DNA of 64,000 nucleotides from an uncultured bacterium. GTDB taxonomy: Bacteria > Actinomycetota > Acidimicrobiia > Spongiisociales > UBA5794. The DNA is taken from the NCBI GenBank assembly GCA_963801165.1, contig CAWDDT010000003.1, forward strand, positions 96,001-160,000, given 5' to 3'. The position numbers and the translations under genes were made by a program. Below the pieces are notes generated by a model that was not told the origin of the DNA, did no database searches, and was given only the letters and a program-made list of their open reading frames with translations. Of this stretch, positions 57,524 through 64,000 are shown one piece after another (positions within the stretch are counted from its first letter, which is position 1; each line of letters opens with the position of its first letter).

Positions 57524-57916
57524 GTGCGTGTGATCGAGTTCTGGCTTGATAGCCGTTCCGGGGTGGCGCCCTACCTCCAGGTGGTCCAGCAGGTCCGTCA
57601 CGCTTTCCGCCTCGGCCTATTGCGTGAGGGAGACCAGCTGCCCACTGTGAAGGACGTAGTCGCGTCGCTGGCGATAAACCCCAACACTGTTCTCAAGGCA
57701 TATCGGGAACTCGAGCATCAAGGTCTGGTCGAGCCACGTCCCGGTGTCGGCACCTTCGTGACCCGCTCGTTGCCGGACGGGGTCATCGAGGCCTACGTCC
57801 CGCTGCGCAGGGAGCTGGAGGTGTGGCTGGCCAAGGCGCGTCGGGCCGGTCTCGATGACGAGAGCATCGAGGCGTTGGTGGCCAGTACGTTTCGGGCCGA
57901 GCAGGACGTAGCGTGA
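57524..57916 (+). CDS. GntR/YtrA-family regulator
   Basis: PYLQVVQQV, QLPTVK, INPNTVLKAYREL and PGVGTFV motifs. Confidence 0.9.
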   Translation: MRVIEFWLDSRSGVAPYLQVVQQVRHAFRLGLLREGDQLPTVKDVVASLAINPNTVLKAYRELEHQGLVEPRPGVGTFVTRSLPDGVIEAYVPLRRELEVWLAKARRAGLDDESIEALVASTFRAEQDVA

Positions 57917-58803
57917 CCGCGATTCTCGAGGCACGAGGTCTCGGCAAGCGGTATGGACGTCGTTGGGCGTTGCGGGACTGCAACGTCGATATTCCACCCG
58001 GGCACGTAACCGGTCTCGTCGGGCCTAACGGTGCGGGCAAGACGACCTTGCTCCATTTGGCGACCGGCATCCTCAGCCCGACAGCCGGCTCCATCGAGGT
58101 GTGCGGGCAGCGCCCGGCCGAGAGTGCGGAACAGCTCGCCAGGGTCGGGTTCGTGGCTCAGGACACTCCGCTCTACGCATCCCTCACTGTGGCCGACCAT
58201 CTCGAGCTTGGTGCCCGGCTCAATCCGGGATGGGACGGTGCGCTGGCGCGACGGCGTGTCGCGGCGCTCGGACTCGACCCAACCCAGAAGGCGGGCAGGC
58301 TCTCGGGCGGCCAGAGAGCTCAGCTCGCCCTGACCCTGGGGCTTGCCAAGAGACCGGAATTGCTCATCCTCGACGAGCCGGTGGCGAGTCTCGACCCTTT
58401 GGCCCGCCGCGAATTTCTCCAGGGTCTGATGGAGGCGGTTGCCGAGAATGAGATGAGCGTTGTGCTCTCTTCCCACGTGGTGTCGGACCTCGAGCGGGTG
58501 TGCGACCACATCGTGGTGCTGGTGGATTCCGAGGTCCGTATCGCCGGCGACGTCGAGGACCTGCTCGACGCTCACTACCGCTTGGTCGGCCCCCGGCGAT
58601 CGGAGCTTCGGTTGCCGTCGGATCAGAACCTGATCAACGCCAGCCATACCGAACGCCAGAGCACGCTCATTGTGCGGACCGGGTCGCAAATCCTCGATCC
58701 CGCCTGGTCGGTGAGCCGCATCGGTCTCGAAGACATGGTCCTCGCCTATATGTCCCAAGCTGCGGACGTGCGGCGGGCGAGACCTCTGGAGGTAGCGCAA
58801 TGA
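57913..58803 (+). CDS. ABC exporter ATPase
   Basis: GPNGAGKTT, LSGGQRAQ, LDEPVASLD and SSH motifs. Confidence 0.9.
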   Translation: MTAILEARGLGKRYGRRWALRDCNVDIPPGHVTGLVGPNGAGKTTLLHLATGILSPTAGSIEVCGQRPAESAEQLARVGFVAQDTPLYASLTVADHLELGARLNPGWDGALARRRVAALGLDPTQKAGRLSGGQRAQLALTLGLAKRPELLILDEPVASLDPLARREFLQGLMEAVAENEMSVVLSSHVVSDLERVCDHIVVLVDSEVRIAGDVEDLLDAHYRLVGPRRSELRLPSDQNLINASHTERQSTLIVRTGSQILDPAWSVSRIGLEDMVLAYMSQAADVRRARPLEVAQ

Positions 58804-59822
58804 CGTGGCTCACCTGGCGCCAGTTTCGCCTTCAAGCGGCCACCGGCACCGTAGCCGCGGCGGCAATCGCGATCGTGGCCGCAGTGACGGGTCCGAAGTT
58901 GGCGGACCTCGCCGCAAGCAACAGCTCCGTATTCGATGCGCTCACCAAGACCGATCGGACCCTCTTCTTCTCCGGGATCATCATCCTGGCCGTCGCACCG
59001 GCGCTGATCGGTGCCTTCTGGGGGGCGCCGATCGTCGCCCGCGAGCTCGAGACGGGAACCTACCGGTTGGCGTGGGGTCAATCCGTAACCCGGACCCGAT
59101 GGCTGGCCAGCAAGCTTGCCATCACCACGCTCGCCGCCGCGTTGGCAGTGGGCGTTATGAGCCTTGCGGTCACCTGGTGGTCCAGCGCGATCGACGGTGC
59201 CGTCAGCACCACCCGAGGGTCGTTGCCGGATCGCATCACCCCGGTGACATTTGCGATGCGCGGTATTGCACCGATCGGTTACACCGTGTTCGCAATCGCC
59301 CTCGGGGCCCTCGTGGGTGCCGTGCTCCGGCGGACCGTGCCGGCGATGGCGGTCACCATGGCCATCTACATAGCGGTCCAGATCGCAATGCCCTTGATGG
59401 TAAGGCCACACCTGCTGGCTCCGGTAACGACGACCGTCGCCTTCGACCGTGAGACCCTGGAGGGCATAACTCTTCGCAACGACGACAGCATCTTCGTGAC
59501 GCTGCATCTCCCGGACCGAGGTAATTGGGTTCTGGTGAACGAGACGCTCGGCCCCGGCGGCGAGCCGGCGCCGCTCCCGCAGTGGTTTGAGGATTGCTTG
59601 CCACCGCCCGACGGTGGGCTGCCTGGGGTAGCTCGAGCCAACGCCGTCGGCAAGGACACGTGCCTGACCGAACTAACCGACGCCGGCTACCGGCAGCGGG
59701 TTGTCTACCAACCCGCGAGCCGCTTCTGGCCGTTGCAGTGGGTGGAAACCGGCGTCTATCTGGCTATGTCCTCGATCCTCGCCGCGCTGTGTCTGTGGTG
59801 GGTGCGGCGCCGGCTGACTTGA
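58800..59822 (+). CDS. ABC-2 type permease
   Basis: WLTWRQFR, GAPIVARELETGT...QSVTRTRW and YQPASRFWPLQ; actinobacterial YtrA-ABC type. Confidence 0.85.
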   Translation: MTWLTWRQFRLQAATGTVAAAAIAIVAAVTGPKLADLAASNSSVFDALTKTDRTLFFSGIIILAVAPALIGAFWGAPIVARELETGTYRLAWGQSVTRTRWLASKLAITTLAAALAVGVMSLAVTWWSSAIDGAVSTTRGSLPDRITPVTFAMRGIAPIGYTVFAIALGALVGAVLRRTVPAMAVTMAIYIAVQIAMPLMVRPHLLAPVTTTVAFDRETLEGITLRNDDSIFVTLHLPDRGNWVLVNETLGPGGEPAPLPQWFEDCLPPPDGGLPGVARANAVGKDTCLTELTDAGYRQRVVYQPASRFWPLQWVETGVYLAMSSILAALCLWWVRRRLT

Positions 59823-59844
59823 GCGTCGTTGCAGACCGCATCGA

Positions 59845-62349
59845 TTACAGGGTGGAGAGCCCTGCTGCCACAGAAGAGATCTGGTCCTGGACCTCAGGCT
59901 CTCGCTCGTAGTTGCTGTGCGACTCGTATGGGAACAATGGTTGGGCGGCTTCCCTGACCTCGATGTCTGCGGCGGGATCGGCGGGATCGAGCTCACCGCC
60001 GGGCGAGACGAACACCTTCTGCCCGATGTAGTCCGTGGGCCGCCATAGGCTGCGCCAGGCATGGCCGACATCATCGAGATCGGCCAGCGCATTGCGCAGG
60101 CTCTGGAAGCGGCCCGGCGTTCCGAAATGCCACGGGAAGTACGCCCCGTATAGGCTCGACAGTGGTGAGCCGAACGTCACGAGCCCAGCTCTGGTCAAGG
60201 AGACGGCGGACGGAGCGGGTGCCCCGACGGTCTCCGGTGCCCGCCGTTGGCCCGACTCCTGGACCATGGCGTCGAGGTGATTGAACGTGATCTTGCCATC
60301 CGCTGCCGATTCGGAGCCGGCGGCCGTTTCTGCCTCGACGCGGTTTGGCATGACCTCGGTCATGGCGATGTCCAGTGGCTCGTTCTCAGCCGCGATCTGG
60401 GCAAGAGCTGCAAACGCAATGACCGTTCCCTGGGAATGCGCCGAGACAACCACGCCCTTGCCGTCGGCCAGGTGCTGCCTGATCCGGTTGCGGAACTCGG
60501 GGACCGCTCGCTCGGCGTAGCACGGCGCTGCCAGCGGGTGGAACCGGCGCGGCCAGAAGCTGAGCACGTCCCACACCTTTCCCAGCTGGCGTCTGCTGTC
60601 TCGAGACTTGGTGGTTGCCCGGATCAGCTGCACACCGGGGAACAGATAGAGCACGGTTGCCGTGGCCGCCCACGTGTGAAAGAAACTGAGACCGTCGATC
60701 CCGAAAAGGGGCGAGGCAAACCCGCCGTCGGGGCCCGGCGCCACATTGAAGCCGGAGGCGACCAGCTGACCGAGGTTGAGCGTCAGCATCACCACGGTGA
60801 GCGCTGCCAGGAGGCGGTCGGCATCGCCGGGCGTGGCGGCTATGACCCGGGCACGGGCCACCTGCCCAACCCAGCTGCGCTCGCGGTCGGGCAGCGAGTT
60901 GTAGTTCGCGTCCGCGCCGAAGTAGTCGTGAGTCACGGTCTCCGTCGGCTTGTCGGCGCGCCATATCGCCACTGCCACGATCAGCCCCGTGATCAGCAGT
61001 GAGAGCATGAAGATGTCGACCAGAACAATGTTGAACCCGTGTGCGCCGACCCATTCCGCACCGAGCAGGAACCGTCCGAGGAGGTTGGCGACTGCCGTGA
61101 AGCCGGCCCCCGTGATGATCACGGCGAGGGCTGCGGCGAATCCGGGCATCAAGGTCGTTGGCCAGCTGGTGGCGACATGTCGTTGCCGCTTTCTAGTTGC
61201 CAGCAGGATCACCATGATGAGCGCTCCGGTGTAGAGCAGAAACGACAGACCGCGTACCGCCGACAGGTAGGCGAAGCCGGAACCGTCGCCGCGGAGCCAG
61301 GCGGTGAGCAGCCATCCGGCGATGCCACCGGCGACGGCTGAGCCGACATGGGTGAGCATCCAGCCCACCCGGTCACCAGTGTCGGTTCCGGTGCGCTGAC
61401 CTACCCGGGCGGCCTCGCGGAATCGCTCCGGCCCGGTGAGCGCCCACAGCATCGCCAGGACTGCCACGAGGATCGCAATCATCGCCGGCCATGCATCGGT
61501 CTGTGGAGCATGCCACCCGACCGTCTTGACGGCGTGGCCGGTGGCGGCTCCGAGCAGCACCATCGTCAACCCGAGGTGCCAGCGGAACAGCCGGCGATGC
61601 TCGGCCCACTTGTACCAGAAGGCCGGGTCTTCGAGCTTCGTGTTGCGGCGCAGCCTGCTGGTGTTGCGTTCAGCCAGCACCCCGATCAGACGTCGCGCGG
61701 TGTCGGTTTCGTAGCCCTCTAGCTTGTCCTGGGTACGGAGGATGAACAGAAACAGCCCGAGGATCACGATGGCGGCCAGCCCGACACCACATGTGATCAG
61801 CCACATATCATTCTGCGCACCGAACAGGGTGAGCGGAGCCATGTACCAGCGATCGGTGCAGGTGGTGTCGGCCCGGCAACCGAATGCAACCATCTCGGTT
61901 GTCAGGGAGACGATCCACATCACGTAGGTCGCCGTGATGGCCAACCCTCCGGCGACGATCACGAGCCGGGAGAACCACAGGGAAGAGCGTCGCAGCTCGT
62001 CGCGACGGTCGAGCTCGGAAGCGCTGGGCCGGAACATCCACCCGGCGATGTTGATCAGAGTGAATGGGAACAGGACCCACCACAGCGCGGAGGTGCGGCT
62101 TCCCGAGGTGAGTCGACCCCATTCGTAGGCCTCGGTAGGTTGCGACGTTGGTGTCTCGGGACGGTAAAAGCCTGCAAGCTCGTCACCCGCCGTCTGCACT
62201 GCCGGTCCGTTGAGGATCTCCTCAGCCGTGGCTCCACCGACCCCCCTGATCTCGAGAAGCATCACCTCAGCCACTCCAACCTCCCGTGTCGACGTTTCGA
62301 GTCTATAGGCCGGGGTCGCGAGGAGAAGGGGTAGAGACGACCGGTTCAT
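59845..62349 (-). CDS. Large polytopic membrane protein with alpha/beta-hydrolase motifs (start uncertain)
   Basis: N-terminal LEIRGVGG and EAYEWG, many TM segments, then WDVLSFWPR..HPLAAPCYAERAVP, SAHSQG, TFGSPL, RPTDYIG and SHSNY. Confidence 0.75.
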   Translation of the reverse strand: MNRSSLPLLLATPAYRLETSTREVGVAEVMLLEIRGVGGATAEEILNGPAVQTAGDELAGFYRPETPTSQPTEAYEWGRLTSGSRTSALWWVLFPFTLINIAGWMFRPSASELDRRDELRRSSLWFSRLVIVAGGLAITATYVMWIVSLTTEMVAFGCRADTTCTDRWYMAPLTLFGAQNDMWLITCGVGLAAIVILGLFLFILRTQDKLEGYETDTARRLIGVLAERNTSRLRRNTKLEDPAFWYKWAEHRRLFRWHLGLTMVLLGAATGHAVKTVGWHAPQTDAWPAMIAILVAVLAMLWALTGPERFREAARVGQRTGTDTGDRVGWMLTHVGSAVAGGIAGWLLTAWLRGDGSGFAYLSAVRGLSFLLYTGALIMVILLATRKRQRHVATSWPTTLMPGFAAALAVIITGAGFTAVANLLGRFLLGAEWVGAHGFNIVLVDIFMLSLLITGLIVAVAIWRADKPTETVTHDYFGADANYNSLPDRERSWVGQVARARVIAATPGDADRLLAALTVVMLTLNLGQLVASGFNVAPGPDGGFASPLFGIDGLSFFHTWAATATVLYLFPGVQLIRATTKSRDSRRQLGKVWDVLSFWPRRFHPLAAPCYAERAVPEFRNRIRQHLADGKGVVVSAHSQGTVIAFAALAQIAAENEPLDIAMTEVMPNRVEAETAAGSESAADGKITFNHLDAMVQESGQRRAPETVGAPAPSAVSLTRAGLVTFGSPLSSLYGAYFPWHFGTPGRFQSLRNALADLDDVGHAWRSLWRPTDYIGQKVFVSPGGELDPADPAADIEVREAAQPLFPYESHSNYEREPEVQDQISSVAAGLSTL

Positions 62350-62439
62350 CTTGTCGATGGTTGCCGCGGGAGCGCACCGCCCTAGCCCATACGGGGAAGT
62401 GGTCTAGACAATTCGATCGCGGGCGACGACACTAGGGTC

Positions 62440-63144
62440 ATGGAACCTATCTCATTGAGCGTCGCAGACGTCACATACGCCCAGCTCGCCGGCACTATCG
62501 ACCACTCGCTTCTCAAACCCATGTTGACCATCGATGACATCGTGGCAGGCTGCAAGCTCGCCGCCGATTACGAGGTTGTGTCGGTGTGTGTGCGACCCGC
62601 TGATGTCTCGTTGGCGGCTGAGCAACTGCAAGGGACGCAGGTGGCCGTTGGCACGGTGATCTCTTTTCCGCATGGTGACTCGGCCACCGCGATCAAGGTT
62701 GCCGAAGCGAAGCAGGCCCTCGAGGACGGTGCCGTCGAGCTCGACATGGTCCTCAACATCGGCCGGTTGCTTTCCGGCCGAGGCGAAGAAGTGCAGGAGG
62801 ATATCGCCGCCGTCGTTGCCGTATCGGGCGATGCCATCGTCAAGGTGATCTTCGAGAACGCCTATCTCACCGATGAGCAGAAGATCACCGCCTGTCATCT
62901 GGCTGAGGCTGCCGGCGCCGACTATGTGAAGACCTCGACCGGCTACGCACCGAGCGGGGCCACGATCGCGGATCTCCGTCTGATGAGGGCCAACGTGAGC
63001 CCGAGGATGAAGGTGAAGGCCGCGCACGGGGTGCGCACCCTGGACGCTCTCCTGGCAGTGATCGAGGCCGGTGCAGATCGGTGTGGTGCCACCGCAACGG
63101 CGACGATGCTGGACGACTACCGCGCCCGGACCGGGGCGCACTAG
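62440..63144 (+). CDS. deoC: Deoxyribose-phosphate aldolase
   Basis: IDHSLLKP, FPHG, ELDMVLN, KVIFE, VKTSTGY and VKAAHGVR motifs. Confidence 0.9.
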   Translation: MEPISLSVADVTYAQLAGTIDHSLLKPMLTIDDIVAGCKLAADYEVVSVCVRPADVSLAAEQLQGTQVAVGTVISFPHGDSATAIKVAEAKQALEDGAVELDMVLNIGRLLSGRGEEVQEDIAAVVAVSGDAIVKVIFENAYLTDEQKITACHLAEAAGADYVKTSTGYAPSGATIADLRLMRANVSPRMKVKAAHGVRTLDALLAVIEAGADRCGATATATMLDDYRARTGAH

Positions 63145-63243
63145 GAGGGTGCTGTTTAATCGCCGTGAAGGCTACGCAATGCCCCGACATGCCCAGGTGC
63201 CTATCAAGGTATCGAGCCTGAACTGGAATTATTCAGCACACTC

Positions 63244-64000
63244 CTAGTAGCGCAACGCTCCTGCCAGCGCTGCACCAACCGCCCCCGCGTACCGGCCGAA
63301 CGTGGCCGGCACGATCTCGAGCTTGTCCGTTGGCACGAGCGTGACATGACGTTTGACGGCTTCTCTGATGGGGTCGAGGATGAGATCGCCCGCCCCGGCG
63401 ATGCCCCCTCCCACAATGATGCGGTCCGTGCCGAACATCGCCACCACGTTTGCCAGGCCGATGCCCAGGTAGTTGGTCATCCGCGCAATGGCGATCCGAC
63501 AGCGCTGGTCGCCTTCCCGTGCCCCCACAAAAACATCCTCTACGCTCGACCTGCCGGCATCCGCAGTGAGCACATCGGACCGTATCAGCGCCTCGAGACA
63601 CCCCCGGTTGCCGCAGCCACACAGCGGGCCATCGGGCACGATCGTTTGATGTCCCAGCTCGCCGGCGACGCCGAAGGCGCCGAGGTGAAGCTTTCCATCG
63701 ATCATCAGGCCGCCGCCGACACCGGTCCCGAGCGTGATGCAAGCCACCACTCCGTGGCCCTTGCCGGCGCCGAGGACACCCTCAGCGAGGGTGAACGCAC
63801 GGGCGTCGTTGACCATCCAGACGGGCATGCCCAGCCCGTCTTCGAGACGATTACGCAGTGGGAAACCTGGCCACGGCCCGGGTAGGTTGGGGAAGAGCTT
63901 GATCCGACCATTGCTCGGGTCGAAATGGCCCGGCACGCCGAGTCCAACCGTCTCGGCTCCGGAGTTCGTGAGTGCTGTGCGGCCCGCCGCGACGAGATTG
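63244..64000 (-). CDS. ROK-family sugar kinase, 5' end outside the window
   Basis: GLGVPG, NDARA, TLGTGVGGG and GELGH..CGCGNRGCLE motifs; the frame stays open to the window edge. Confidence 0.9.
   Translation of the reverse strand, partial: NLVAAGRTALTNSGAETVGLGVPGHFDPSNGRIKLFPNLPGPWPGFPLRNRLEDGLGMPVWMVNDARAFTLAEGVLGAGKGHGVVACITLGTGVGGGLMIDGKLHLGAFGVAGELGHQTIVPDGPLCGCGNRGCLEALIRSDVLTADAGRSSVEDVFVGAREGDQRCRIAIARMTNYLGIGLANVVAMFGTDRIIVGGGIAGAGDLILDPIREAVKRHVTLVPTDKLEIVPATFGRYAGAVGAALAGALRY

Noticed and set aside
1-64000. Many long overlapping or antisense ORFs in the track, such as 18402-19523, 24374-25522 and 46874-48052
   Set aside because: They are Arg/Pro/Gly-rich shadow frames expected in high-GC DNA and overlap well-supported genes.

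Overview
GC-rich, gene-dense bacterial DNA. It is probably actinobacterial and Acidimicrobiia-like, inferred from F420-type LLM genes, apparent leaderless promoters and lipoprotein binding proteins with Thr-rich linkers. Blocks: (1) 1-21 kb, catabolism of lignin-derived aromatics: metF, ligM-type THF O-demethylase, couMNO-like hydroxycinnamate genes, pobA, ligC/I/J/K/U lower 4,5-meta pathway, a MetE-core protein and a Liv-type ABC importer. No ligAB dioxygenase is in the window. (2) 21-29.4 kb, a PTS-free ula-like sugar-acid cluster: SorC regulator, PTE-family lactonase, ABC importer, UlaD/E/F-like enzymes and a PfkB kinase. (3) 29.5-39.8 kb, toxic-ion and stress genes: arsR-acr3, gene remnants and two fluoride riboswitches. 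One riboswitch precedes crcB-crcB-DUF190. The other precedes a 39-codon ORF coupled to a stand-alone dynamin-like GTPase, which is the most striking observation. (4) 40-51.3 kb, a LacI-controlled fucose/D-arabinose-type cluster with no aldolase. (5) 51.4-64 kb: modABC, ArsR-SRPBCC, SLC13 permease, YtrA-ABC, a large membrane alpha/beta-hydrolase-like protein, deoC and a partial ROK gene. I recognised no rRNA, tRNA, CRISPR array, transposase or integrase. All family assignments come from motifs and remembered sequences; no database searches were run.
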